DNA from: an uncultured Bradymonadales bacterium
Lineage (GTDB): Bacteria > Myxococcota_A > Bradymonadia > Bradymonadales > Bradymonadaceae
Reading direction: 5' to 3'
Assembly (NCBI GenBank): GCA_964394615.1
Contig: CAYMYJ010000012.1
Span: forward strand, 68,223-132,222
Length of the DNA: 64,000 nt
Part shown: positions 9,501-19,500 of the stretch, piece after piece
Layout: every line of letters begins with the position of its first letter
Numbering within the stretch: the stretch's first letter is position 1
The notes under the pieces: generated by a model
Database searches by the model: none
Told to the model about the DNA's origin: nothing
The model's input: only the letters and a program-made list of their open reading frames with translations
Made by a program: the position numbers and the translations under genes

Positions 9501-11189
9501 TCACGAGAGGCATTGCTGAAATTCATCGATGCCGTGGCAGACGCGGGGCTTTTTGAGCTTGGCGATAAGATGATGATGTTTGAGTCCTCGCAAAAGAGCT
9601 GGGTGAAACACGGAATCGCGCTCGAGACACGAGCGTTTTTTGTTGAACACGAATCGACACGTTTTTACGGAAAATGTGGCGAGTACGAAGATGAAACCTA
9701 CTCGATTTTGGCCTACAGCACGGCCAAAATGACCACGCCCGCAGGCGTTAAGGCCACAGATACGAAGACCGGCGTCTCGTGGTCGGCCGAGGCGGCCAAG
9801 AGGTTCGTCGAACTCAGCACTGAGAATGGCCCTTACGTCCCGACGCGTGAGGCCGCCGAAACGATCGCGGATTTGACCGGTCTGTCTGTGGCTGAGGCTT
9901 CGATGCTTTGGGCGATGCTGCCCAATGTGAATGAGTGGTACGGCCCTGTGATGGACACCGAGTTGCGCAAGTCGTTCAAGCTGAAGGCCGCTGAACTGAA
10001 CCTCGCCCGGGAGTCGCTGAAAGAAATCTCGGGTGAGAAGCGTTGCGCGGTGTATGCCGATGCGTTGCCGGACGATCTGGCGGAGCCTTGGGCCGCGCCG
10101 CAGGAACTTGCCAAACGGCTTGCGGCCTCATGGAACCAACATGTCGGCAAACGGCAAGCCCTTCCCGAAGACCTTTTATTGGCGCTGCAAAAAGAGATTT
10201 CGGTCGACAACGCACGGACGTCTTTGTTGAACCTCTATTCGGTGCCGGCCTTCAAGGTCGGTGGGGAAATTGTTTACGATTCGGACGATAAAAACCTGGT
10301 CTTCGAGATGGACGATGGTGTGCCTGACTCCGATTTAATCACCGAGAGCCTGCATCTTTTGCCCTATCTTTTCTACAATTTACCGGTCGGCGATCCGTCG
10401 CGGCAGAAAATTTCGGACTATTATCAGGCCCTCGCAAAGACTGTATTTGCGGCGGATTCGCTCCTGCCCACGTCTACCGACTTGGAGTGGATTGACGATA
10501 AAAAGAAATCGGCAGCGATGATGGCCAAGCTTGGTGCGAATAAGACAAAAAAGGGAGTGTCTTATTACGATGACGGATTTGTGGTTTTCCTGCTTGGCGA
10601 TTGGGGGCTTGAGGCTGCGATTCGTCCCGCTCAGCTGATTGCTGGCAAGACGAGTCCCTATGTTGTGGCCGACAATCCCGAAGCTCAAATTCTTCGGGCA
10701 TTTTCGAGTATGAAGAGCTTAGTCGATCGTCTGCAGGGGTCGCCGCTTTCTGCCGGCGAATACGAAGCAAACCCGGCGCATTCCAGTCTGGAGACGGTCG
10801 CGCAGGTCAAAAAGGAGCTCGGCGTCAGCGAAGATGCAGCGGTGGCTTTTCTGCAAACGTTGGCGATGCCCAATCCTTCCACAAAACAAATTCGACTCTG
10901 GAACGGCTGGAGTGCAGCGACCTACAAAAAGGCGTTTGCACCCTTGCTGGAGAGAGGCGTTTTAATTGAAGCAAAACGCGCCAGATCGGGCCGTTCGTTC
11001 TTTTTGGACGGTCCGTGGTTGGAGTTTCGCGCACCGCATATTCCCATGGAAGCATGGAAGGTTCCGATGATGCCGCTGCTGGCCTCGGACGAATGTCAGG
11101 TCAATTATCCTATTTCTGCACCCCACGAATTATTTGAACAGGCGTGGACGCGATGGCGTTCGGGCGACAAACCTGGATTCACGAAATGA
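6534..11189 (+). CDS. Giant paralog A (1552 aa), uncharacterised alpha-helical protein; possibly YehI/MolR-like (DUF4132) by genomic-context analogy
   Basis: ATG at 6534 with GAGGGG RBS (track ORF begins on TTG at 6522). N-terminus MDATNAQLRVGGFVLPD...DIPVDIVDARAFVHPGLPGREIVRLTP and C-terminus ...ELFEQAWTRWRSGDKPGFTK are shared with paralogs B and C. No Walker A, signal peptide or TM segment was found. Confidence 0.85.
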   Translation: MDATNAQLRVGGFVLPDVQVSADIPVDIVDARAFVHPGLPGREIVRLTPRALALGEDAAMDTLGFALQNVSTGIAIAQQKSLGFPNWVLVHAPKDAGQALAVARKFRKESRKASAKPGAAKSTFDALIADVSESTPHFLPTLCEEMGRVFMETGNTSYAAMFFGKARDSEQKYALEIDEERRRAVFLEFTLAGAVTGKSMTEYAKDLARRYDDSTAYDFWVDICVRRTLGGNPPTSAMFKDLKRLSKAAGLKPEVGEDAVLSQIWLSPSLGRAPASVWKDLRAAFVRLAKVEKDLPTHLLGVFPHALRSEDGFGDFWFDLLQELGAIGVLEGRKNGGIARWFSAYIAGSRSSSWYGRQRFPEAGFALLARIAKPLISEQMPVVIGGDGWGEDADLDLLDYMLELGILVDPGKASFDLNQWMQAPEESTVYLRDLSFVAAHASFGTRLDEAVSSVIDDQEFHDAAHGKAGLGQARERWLMGKLAALPTGSVAAFGRVVSDLIDATNASTFLEFPVVWDALQNLDLVAPLHATLKRGFLGEFDWPEARKAASELAIGEEEDSVSGVFPNLVLYDQKRAIVINGQERVFEHDFKLKKGDEVQDLRFVDGQLWVNLYDDDYDRVSYWSGNPKKRFEGQYMSYGTDFAVHRADGSVVEGKRAYRAGEETIPLLDNFWSDGETFWATKSWDDPRVYEFDPETGADGRASLPKVIEDVLEDGWALQVHSSKVYPVPPTSLYGAVDGVYFKAVFKKDDEYLTKTPLGQAPKSVSSLIRMPGGEIVELDSDFAILALDGALLDASEALPGLPMSFECFHHFQVTDERASSILRNIENAAVSSLLAAAIQASPTKAILPEKWMMGATLPLMDVTKNIFGDSPLEPALVRLVESYVVHIASLAGHIRGADPRFAVSAENSIPDSEVWASFESVTSGGDYCFDNETYDDERELSTGIIALAEFFKNGIKPAIFANYSCDFSWVFRHPKVLAWVACGPWISGSREALLKFIDAVADAGLFELGDKMMMFESSQKSWVKHGIALETRAFFVEHESTRFYGKCGEYEDETYSILAYSTAKMTTPAGVKATDTKTGVSWSAEAAKRFVELSTENGPYVPTREAAETIADLTGLSVAEASMLWAMLPNVNEWYGPVMDTELRKSFKLKAAELNLARESLKEISGEKRCAVYADALPDDLAEPWAAPQELAKRLAASWNQHVGKRQALPEDLLLALQKEISVDNARTSLLNLYSVPAFKVGGEIVYDSDDKNLVFEMDDGVPDSDLITESLHLLPYLFYNLPVGDPSRQKISDYYQALAKTVFAADSLLPTSTDLEWIDDKKKSAAMMAKLGANKTKKGVSYYDDGFVVFLLGDWGLEAAIRPAQLIAGKTSPYVVADNPEAQILRAFSSMKSLVDRLQGSPLSAGEYEANPAHSSLETVAQVKKELGVSEDAAVAFLQTLAMPNPSTKQIRLWNGWSAATYKKAFAPLLERGVLIEAKRARSGRSFFLDGPWLEFRAPHIPMEAWKVPMMPLLASDECQVNYPISAPHELFEQAWTRWRSGDKPGFTK

Positions 11190-14100
11190 GCACCAAGATG
11201 AATACCGAACAGCTTAATTCGACGCTTCGCGCGGGCGGCTATCTTCTGCCTGAGACGAAGGCGCCAACAGACGTTCCCGTCGATACCATTGATGCGCGGA
11301 TTTTCACGCATCCTGGGATTCCGGATCGAGAGATCGTTCGGTTGACCCCGTCGAATCTGGCCGTGGGTGAAGATGCTGCGATGGATATCCTTGGATTCGC
11401 CCCTGTGGCGAGTTCCGCGAAGATTGCGCTACGCATGCGTCAGGCCCTTGGATTTCCTGAGTGGGTTTTGGTCCACGACCCCAAGAATGCTGCGTCAGCC
11501 TTGGCGATTTCACGTGATCTTAAAAAAGAAGCACGTCGGGCCAAGTCTAAGCCAGGCAACGCAAAAATCGTGTTCGACGAGATGGGCAAAAATATTGCCA
11601 AAAAGACGCCTCACTTTTTGCCGCCGTTCTACGAAGAGGTCGCCCGCGCCTTCGTCGAATCCGGCAATACGACGTATGCGGCGACCTACTTTGGCAAAGC
11701 TCGGGAGGCCGAGCAGACCTACGCGCTTGACGTGGACGAGAACCGTCGTCGCGATGCGTTTGTGGAATTTGCTCTTTCGGGTGCGCTCACAAATAAGGTG
11801 ATGTCCGAGTACGCCAAGGACCTCTCGAAACGGTACGGCGCCGAAAAAGCCTACGAGTATTTCTCGGACCTTTGCATTCGTCGCACGCTTGGCGGAACCC
11901 CGCCTCATTCGCAGATGGTCACTGAGCTTCGTCGATTGGCCAAGGCTGCGGATAAAAAACAATCCGAGGAAGATGCGAATTTTATTTCGGAGATTTGGGA
12001 AGCGCCTTCGCTGACACGATCGGCCGCAAAATTTTGGGAAACCTACGCCAAGACCTTTGTCCAATTGGCTAAAAAAGAGCCCAGAATTCGCGGGCGTTTG
12101 CTGAACACCTTTCCGGTTCCCTCGGGCAAAGCGGATGATTTTAAGGCGTTTTGGGTTGGTTTCCTAAACGATACTGGTGCTGATCAAGCGTTGACCAAAC
12201 CTGAGGCCGAGGTAGATGGCGCGCTCAAACCCGAGGGTTCCGCTGCGCAATGGATCGCCAAATTCGTCGCTCATCGGATGTCGTCTGGTTATAATTATTA
12301 CCGGAAACCCACGACACCCGACGCGGGTTTTGACTTGATTCGCCGCATGGCTCCGCGCCTTAAGGCAGATGGGATTGAGTTCGAATTTTCGGGTTCGGGT
12401 TGGCAGCGGGTCGTCGACATCGATGTTCTGGATTTGCTCTTGGAACTTGGTGTTCCGGTCAAGGTGCCGGACGCGATCGACTTTAGTACATGGGCCACGC
12501 CCATGGAGGGGATGAGCGAACGCTTGCGTGACCTCAAATACCTTGGGGCTGATACCAGGTTCGATGAAATCGTCGATCGCGCAGTGGGTAGCGTTTTTGG
12601 AAATGCCGAATTCGAGGCCGCCGCGCGTGGGAAATCTGGGTTGAAACGCGCTCGCGAAAAATGGCTGGAACGCCGTGCTGATGAAATTGGACTTGGTGCG
12701 GCCCCGTCGTTCAAAGAAAACGTGACGCAATTGAGAAACGCCACATCGGCTGCGACCTTTAAGGAGTTTCCCAAAGCTTGGACAAGGCTTCAAGACCTTG
12801 AATTGGTAGCACCTTTTACCCGCACGTTGAATGGTGGGTTCTTGGACGAATACCAGTGGGTCGAAGCCAAAACTGCCTACGACGAATTGAGGGGGCCAAA
12901 ACACGACGTCGAAGTCAAAGTGGCCGGCGTGTTTCCGTATTTGATCCTGTACTCGCCAACCAAAGGCATTGTGATCGGGCCCAAGGGCCGTGTCGTCGAA
13001 CACGACTTTAAGTTGCCGAAGGGGCGGACGATCAACCAAATAGCGTACGCGGGCGGTCAGTTGCTGGTGGTGTATTACGACCAGAATTGGAGTCAAGTGG
13101 CCTATTGGAGTGGGAAGCCGAACCACACGTTCGAGGGGGGATATATCTGGTCTGGAGTCGTGAGTGTTGAGCGCGAAGACCATTCGATGGTGGCTGGCAA
13201 GGTGGCGTTTCGTGCAGGCGATGAGGTCATGCCGAAATACAACCATCTTCTAAGCGATGGTGAGTCATTCTGGAGCCGCACCGGTTACGGGGATGATTCA
13301 CGTCTCACTGAATTCGATCCAAATACGGGGAAAGACGGCCGTACTTCGTTGCCGGCATTCTTCGAGGATTCGCTGCGCCCCGATATGAAGCTCATGCAAT
13401 ACTTTTGCACTCTGTATCCGCTTCCGTCGGAACTCAAAAACTCGCCGCTTGGCACCAAGGACGGGCTTTACGGGCAAATGGTGTTTCAGTCCAACGGGGA
13501 GTTTTTGACGGTGAGTCCATTGGGAGAGCAGGCCGGTCAAGTGGAAGCGATGATTCGTTTGCCCGGAACCGATCGTGTGTTGTCGTTGTCCTCGGGTTTC
13601 CGTCTGGCGGATTCATCCACCATATTGGACGCGCGCTCGACGCTGGGTGGCCTGCCGATCGGAATTAATTTCGCGCATTTTCTGACAATATCTGACGAAG
13701 CCGGCTCTAAAAAGTTGCGTTCGCTCAAAGAGGACGCCAGTGCTGCCATTATTGCGGCCGCGATTATTTCGAGAACTCACGACGACGACGTACCCAGCGC
13801 ATTGGCCGCTAAATGGTTGGGCGAAATCGCCGCCAAGGCAGGGAAGTCATCGAAATCGTTGGCGGCTTTTGCCGCCGCAGGAAAGGGCTCGTTAGAGGGG
13901 GACAAGGCGTCGAAGTCCGCGCTTGCCGGGCTAATGGCGGCCGGCAAAGACTTCTTGTTGGGCAAAAGTAAGACTCCGCAGGCTCAGTCGTTGTTCGGGA
14001 TTATTGATGAAGTGGTCGGCTGCAACGCGGATTTGCGTGCCGCCATCGCTGTTTTAGCCAACGAATACGCCGATGCGTTGGTGGCGCTGGCACAGCATAT

Positions 14101-16081
14101 CGAAGCCTCGGATCCGGCGCGGGCTGGCGCGGTCGGAAGCGCGATCGTGGATTCTGCTCTTTGGGGAAATTTTGCGGGAATCGCATCGGGCTCCGATTAT
14201 GATTTCTACAATTACTCTTGGGGTGAACAGGCGGATCTGGCTCGGTATCTTCATCAGTTCGCTGGGTTTCTGAAATCCGGAGAAATTCCCAAGGACTTTT
14301 CCTGGACAACAACCGACATGACTCTCGTCATGAAGGCGCCCGCCAGTATTGCATGGTTGGCGGCTTCGCCCGGTCTTACAGGCGATCGCGAGGTCTTGTT
14401 GAGTTTCCTTGAGGTGCTCGCGGCTTCTGGTCTTTTGGATTTGTCTGGGAAGTTCAGGCTCTTTACGTCTCCACGCGAAGGTTGGGTTCCGCTCGGTGTT
14501 GCAAATGAAAGCAGAAAGTCATTTCTGCTGGAGCATGAGGGACACAAATTCATGGGGCGCTCAAATTATTATGGGAACGAGGAGTTTCAGGTCTTGGAGT
14601 ACGTCGAGAAAGGCGACTTCAAGGTGCCAAAGGGAGTCGTGGTCCAGACCGAATCGTCGACGCAGACCTGGTCAGGGGAGGCCGCCAAGCGCGTCGTGGA
14701 GCTTGTCAACGAACGTGGCCCTTACGAAATAAATATCGATATTATTTCTTATTTAGCCGAAAAAATCGGAATTTCTAACGCCGAGGCGGGTCTCTTGTGG
14801 GCAACGATGCCCAACATGAATTCGTACGAAAAGAACTTCTTGCCCAAAGAGATTCGCGAGGCGATGGGGGCCAAGGTGGCCGAGGCAGCCATCGCGCGGG
14901 ACGGGTTGAAGAACCTTTCGGTCTACAAGAAATTGGCCGTATATTCTTCGGGTTTCCCCGAGAACGCTGCCGATTTGTGGGACGCGCCCGAAAAAGTCGC
15001 AGATCAATTGGCGGTGGCCTGGAACACTCATTTTGGTCAGCGGGTTCAGTTGCCCGAGGCTTTGTTGGCGGAAATTAAGAAGAATCTGAATATTTGGGAT
15101 CCGCGTCCACACGTAAAAGCCATCTTGAGTCCGAAGGATTCGATCTACAGCGCGGTCCCAGACTTCGAACTTAAGGTCATCGACGGCAAGTACTTGGAAA
15201 TGATCGCCAAGGACGACACATTTAATGGCAGTGATAACGTTCGGTCATTTTTGAAGATTTCCAGGTATTTGTCGCTTAACGCGCCGGTGGGTGATGAGGT
15301 TCGAAAGAGCCTTCCAGCAGCATGGGAGGTCTGGAAGAAGACCCTTGCTCATCCAAAATTTCAGGTTTCTGGGAATTCCCCTTACGAACCGGATTACGAC
15401 AAGTTGAAAGAGACTTTGGCCAAGATCGGCACCAACAAGTCGTTGAAGGGCTTTGAATACTACCAAGACGAGGTGGTGACCCTTTCAACCTCGCGGTGGA
15501 GCCTCGACATGATGGTCAATGTGGCGCCCGTGCTCGCGGGTAAAACCAGTCCGCATTTTGCGGGCGTGAAAGAGCTACCCGAGATAAACGAGATTTTTTC
15601 GGATCGTTTTGCTGCGCTGATGAACAACATTTCTAACCCCACGGTCGGCGAAGGAAATTACGAAACCAATGCGGAGCTCTCGGTGCCGAAATTGGTGGCT
15701 GAGGTCTCAAAATCGTTGGGTGTTTCTTCGTCGGCTGCCAACGCCTTCTTGCAGATTCTGGCGCTGCCAAACCCCACGACTTCGAATGTGAAGACGTGGA
15801 ATGGATGGACTACCGGAGCGTATAAGAAGGCGCTGGCGGAGTTGGTTGACAAGGGCGTGGTTATGGAGGCTAAACGGTCGCGCGCGGGCCGTACGTTCTT
15901 CCTGGACGGCCCATGGTTGGATTTGAAGGCACCACATCTGCCCGTCGAAGGGTGGAAGAAACCATTCTATGGTGTCGAATTCAACGAATCCTTTTCGTTG
16001 GAGCTTCCGTTGGAGTCCGTTCCTGCGCTTTTTCAACGCGCCTGGGACCGCTGGAAATCGGGCGACAAACCCAAATTCTAG
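11186..16081 (+). CDS. Giant paralog B (1631 aa), divergent copy with a unique Ala/Lys/Ser-rich insert
   Basis: The ATG at 11186 overlaps the TGA of paralog A (ATGA), implying translational coupling. The N-terminal (MSTKMNTEQLNSTLRAGGYLLPE...) and C-terminal (...RAWDRWKSGDKPKF) regions are collinear with A and C. Confidence 0.85.
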   Translation: MSTKMNTEQLNSTLRAGGYLLPETKAPTDVPVDTIDARIFTHPGIPDREIVRLTPSNLAVGEDAAMDILGFAPVASSAKIALRMRQALGFPEWVLVHDPKNAASALAISRDLKKEARRAKSKPGNAKIVFDEMGKNIAKKTPHFLPPFYEEVARAFVESGNTTYAATYFGKAREAEQTYALDVDENRRRDAFVEFALSGALTNKVMSEYAKDLSKRYGAEKAYEYFSDLCIRRTLGGTPPHSQMVTELRRLAKAADKKQSEEDANFISEIWEAPSLTRSAAKFWETYAKTFVQLAKKEPRIRGRLLNTFPVPSGKADDFKAFWVGFLNDTGADQALTKPEAEVDGALKPEGSAAQWIAKFVAHRMSSGYNYYRKPTTPDAGFDLIRRMAPRLKADGIEFEFSGSGWQRVVDIDVLDLLLELGVPVKVPDAIDFSTWATPMEGMSERLRDLKYLGADTRFDEIVDRAVGSVFGNAEFEAAARGKSGLKRAREKWLERRADEIGLGAAPSFKENVTQLRNATSAATFKEFPKAWTRLQDLELVAPFTRTLNGGFLDEYQWVEAKTAYDELRGPKHDVEVKVAGVFPYLILYSPTKGIVIGPKGRVVEHDFKLPKGRTINQIAYAGGQLLVVYYDQNWSQVAYWSGKPNHTFEGGYIWSGVVSVEREDHSMVAGKVAFRAGDEVMPKYNHLLSDGESFWSRTGYGDDSRLTEFDPNTGKDGRTSLPAFFEDSLRPDMKLMQYFCTLYPLPSELKNSPLGTKDGLYGQMVFQSNGEFLTVSPLGEQAGQVEAMIRLPGTDRVLSLSSGFRLADSSTILDARSTLGGLPIGINFAHFLTISDEAGSKKLRSLKEDASAAIIAAAIISRTHDDDVPSALAAKWLGEIAAKAGKSSKSLAAFAAAGKGSLEGDKASKSALAGLMAAGKDFLLGKSKTPQAQSLFGIIDEVVGCNADLRAAIAVLANEYADALVALAQHIEASDPARAGAVGSAIVDSALWGNFAGIASGSDYDFYNYSWGEQADLARYLHQFAGFLKSGEIPKDFSWTTTDMTLVMKAPASIAWLAASPGLTGDREVLLSFLEVLAASGLLDLSGKFRLFTSPREGWVPLGVANESRKSFLLEHEGHKFMGRSNYYGNEEFQVLEYVEKGDFKVPKGVVVQTESSTQTWSGEAAKRVVELVNERGPYEINIDIISYLAEKIGISNAEAGLLWATMPNMNSYEKNFLPKEIREAMGAKVAEAAIARDGLKNLSVYKKLAVYSSGFPENAADLWDAPEKVADQLAVAWNTHFGQRVQLPEALLAEIKKNLNIWDPRPHVKAILSPKDSIYSAVPDFELKVIDGKYLEMIAKDDTFNGSDNVRSFLKISRYLSLNAPVGDEVRKSLPAAWEVWKKTLAHPKFQVSGNSPYEPDYDKLKETLAKIGTNKSLKGFEYYQDEVVTLSTSRWSLDMMVNVAPVLAGKTSPHFAGVKELPEINEIFSDRFAALMNNISNPTVGEGNYETNAELSVPKLVAEVSKSLGVSSSAANAFLQILALPNPTTSNVKTWNGWTTGAYKKALAELVDKGVVMEAKRSRAGRTFFLDGPWLDLKAPHLPVEGWKKPFYGVEFNESFSLELPLESVPALFQRAWDRWKSGDKPKF

Positions 16082-16443
16082 GCCGTGAGCCGTGAACGTT
16101 TGGTTCGCGATTGTGTGTGCCTGATAATCCATGATGGCTTGCTTTGGCGCCGGACCTCGTGCCGACTTCGACTTCCTGTTGTCTGGCGAGCTCTGACGGC
16201 ATTCGCTGGGGAGCAGCAGGGCCTAAGTCGTTAGCGAACAGGATTAATCGCTCTGGTGGGGGGCCTCTTTTTGTTCGATGAAGGGCTTGTGTTGTGTTGC
16301 GATGGCGTATGGTGAGGTGCGCCATCGGCGTTGTTGTTGGTGCTTTCGAAACGGGAATTAATTGAGGGGAAACGTCTCAGACGTGGTGTGAACAAGCCGG
16401 ATTGGCGTGTATGAGAGGTGTCTGACCTTGGCGAGAAGACTGG

Positions 16444-16530
16444 TGTGCTCTACCGTGCGTTCATTCAATGAACGGAGCGCGATTGAAGGCAGGTTGGAAC
16501 CAAGCGGATGATGGCTACGCGTTGAGCGTG
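16444..16530 (+). repeat. Degenerate duplicate of 5617-5703 (5'UTR plus first ~17 codons of the leader gene) with the ATG lost
   Basis: 5617-5703 (gtgttctaccgtgccttcattcaaagaatggaggacagATGgaagcaggttggattcaagcagatgacggctacgcgttgagcgtgg) matches 16444-16530 (gtgctctaccgtgcgttcattcaatgaacggagcgcgattgaaggcaggttggaaccaagcggatgatggctacgcgttgagcgtgg) at about 80%. The remnant reads ...EAGWNQADDGYALSVGAA... with no start codon and an early stop. Confidence 0.6.
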
Positions 16531-16595
16531 GGAGCTGCAGCTACGCATCGAGAACGAATGAAGAATTTGAAGAGAAAGACTAGGTAGGGGACTGT

Positions 16596-19500
16596 ATGGA
16601 TGCGATGAATGCTCAACTTCGGGTCGGTGGCTATGTGTTGCCGGGCGCCCAAATCTCAGAAGATATTCCGGTGGATACGTTGGACGCGCGGACCTTTTCG
16701 CATGCGGGTTTGCCATCACGTGAAGTCGTTCGGCTGACGCCAAGCACGCTTGCCCAGGGCGAAGACGCGGCCATGGAAACACTGGGCTTTTCGTTGCAAG
16801 ACGTTCAGGGCGAGTTGGCTGTTGTTCGACAGAGGTCGCTTGGTTTTCCGAGCTGGGTCTTGGTGAACATGCCGTCGGATGCTGCAGAGGCTCTTTCGGT
16901 TGCCCGGGTTTTCCGCCGCAATGCCCGTCAGGCACTGATAAAGCCTGGAGCCGCGAAGTCGGCATTCGACGCACAGATCGCCGAGGTTTCAGAGTTCAAG
17001 CCTCATTTTTTGCCCACGCTTTGTGAGGAAATGGGCAGGGTGTTTCTTGCGAGCGGCAACAGCTCGCATGCAGCCATGTTTTTTGGAAAGGCTCGAGAGG
17101 TAGAACAGAAATTCGGCTTGGATGTTGACGAAGAGCGTCGTCGCTCGGTTTTCCTAGAGTTCACGCTGGCCGGTGCCGTAAGCGCCAAAGCGATGACCGA
17201 GTATTCCAAGGATTTGGCTCATCGTCATGGCGACAAGGAAGCCTACGACTCTTGGGCAGATCTTTTAGTGCGGCGCACACTGGGTGGGAATCCGCTGACG
17301 CCTTCGATGTTTAAGGATTTGAAGCGACTCGCTAAATCGGCTGGGTTGAAGCCCAAAGACGCCGAAGACGAGGTGCTCGGAAAAATTTGGCATTCGTCTT
17401 CGTTGGTTCGTGCTGCTGCGTCGGTCTGGGTCGCGATTGGTCCTGCTTTATCGCGCCTTTCCAAGACCGAGGCAGACCTGCCAAATCACCTGCTGAACCT
17501 TTTTCCGCATGCTCTGAGATCTGAAGATTCGTTTGGCCAGTTTTGGTTCGAGTTGCTTCACGACGTTGGTGCGATTGCCAAATTGAAGACGCGAAAATCT
17601 GGCGGGATTGCAAATTGGTTTTCCACCTTTATTTCCGCGTGCAGAACCACGTCTTGGGATGACCGAAAGTGCTTCCCTGAAGCGGGTTTCCCGGTGTTGA
17701 CCGAGTGCGCTGAGATCCTTGTTGCAGACCAAGTTTCGGTCGTCATCGGTGGCGACGAGTGGTGCGACGATGCCGATCTAGACCTCCTGGATCACCTTTT
17801 GGAACTTGGGATTCCCGTGGACGCAGGCACAGCCAAGTTTGAGATGATGCACTGGATGAATGCACCTGCAGACTCGGAGGTTTATCAGCGAAGTCTCGAT
17901 TTCGTTTCGGATCACCCGATATTTGGGCCTCGCCTAGATCTAGCCGTCGGTGCCAAAATTGCTGATCAAGACTTCTTGGCAGCGGCGCAGGGCAAAGCAG
18001 GGCTCACTCGCTCACGCAAACGATGGTTGCGGCGTCGATTGGACGATCTTTCATCAGGGTCCGTCGCTGCTTTTGGTAAAGCTGTAAAAGACCTCACGGC
18101 GGCCACGGATGGGTCGACGTTTCTGGAGTTCCCAGACCTTTGGGAGAGCATTCAAAAATTGGATTTGGCGGCCCCGTTTTACGCGACATTAAAGCGCGGG
18201 TTCTTAGGAGAGTTTGACTGGCCTACTGCACGCAAGGCCGCGGAAGAGCTTGGTCTTGGTAAGGGTGTTGCCGTAGAGGTTGCCGGCGTTTTCCCCAATT
18301 CGGTTTTTTATAACGAAGAGCGGGCCTTGGTGGTCAATGGCGAATCCGTCATTCTTGACCACGCCATAGCTCTGACCGAGGACGACGAGATTCAGGGCAT
18401 GCGTTTCGTTGGTGGGCAATTGCTCATCACGTTTATGGACGACGACTACGATCGCCTTGGTTACTGGAGTGGAACCCCAGAACATAGATTCGACGCCGGT
18501 GCTTTGAATTGTAATCCAAGTTGGTCGGTGTACCGCGATGACGGTTCAGTGGTCGAAGGTGCCCGGGCGTTTCAAGTGGGTGAAGAGTCGCCTCCTTCCA
18601 TCAGCGCCTTTTGGAGCGATGGAAAGACGTTTTGGCGCCGGGCCGGCAATGACTCGACCATGTATGAGTTTGATCCGGACACGGGGGAGCTCGGCCGCGC
18701 ATCGCTGCCTAAGGCGATCGAAGACCATCTTGAAGAGGGATGGGAACTTCAAACGAAACTCTCTTGCGTTTACCCGACGCCGGATTCGTCTTTGCAGGGC
18801 ACTTACGAAGGAGTCTATTTTAAGGCGGTCTTTAAAAAGGAAGACGAGTATTTGACCAAGACCCCGCTTGGGGTTGTGTCAGGTTCGGTCCCATCGCTTT
18901 TGCCATTGCGGGGCGGTGAACTCGCCGTTCTCGCAAAGTTCTATGAGCTTCATCAGCCCGATGGAACGGTGCTCGATGCGTTGATGCCGATCCCAACGGT
19001 TTATTTGTCGCCTGCGTCGTTTGCTCACTTTTCGGTCGTGGATGAGGCCGCCTCGCTCAAGCTGCGGAAGATAGAAAAAAACCAGGCCGCCGCCGTTTTG
19101 GCCCACGCCATTCAAGCGTCTGAAAACGCGACCGTATTTCGTGAAACCTGGGCAGCAGGCGTTCCCGATGTGACGCCCCATGGTATCCAGGCGGTGATCG
19201 GTGAGTCCGAGCTCGTCCGAGGGGTCGAGCGAGTTGCGGACTCTTACCTTCAACACTTGACTCAATTTGCAACGCATATTGCCGAATCCAATCCTTCAGT
19301 GGCTGTGAGTTTCAAAGGGCCGATTTGCGACCCCAACGTTTGGGGGAATTTTGAATGTGTGACGAGTGATGGCGAATATTCTTTCGATAACGTGCTTTAC
19401 GGGGGGGCCGAACGCGATCTGAATGTGGCCATCGGATCGCTGGTTGAGTTCTTCAAGGAAGGAATTAAACCGGACGTTTCCGACGATTATTCTTTCGATT

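Noticed and set aside
12164-13246. 360-aa minus-strand ORF, and many other 60-200-aa antisense ORFs, inside the giant paralog genes
   Set aside because: They are entirely embedded opposite long, well-supported coding frames in GC-rich DNA and are Arg/Pro/Ser-rich with no start context. These are typical shadow ORFs.
16250-16275. ggggggcctcttttt motif after paralog B, considered as a terminator
   Set aside because: I could not find a complementary upstream arm to form a stable stem; the hairpin at 16299-16340 is a better candidate.
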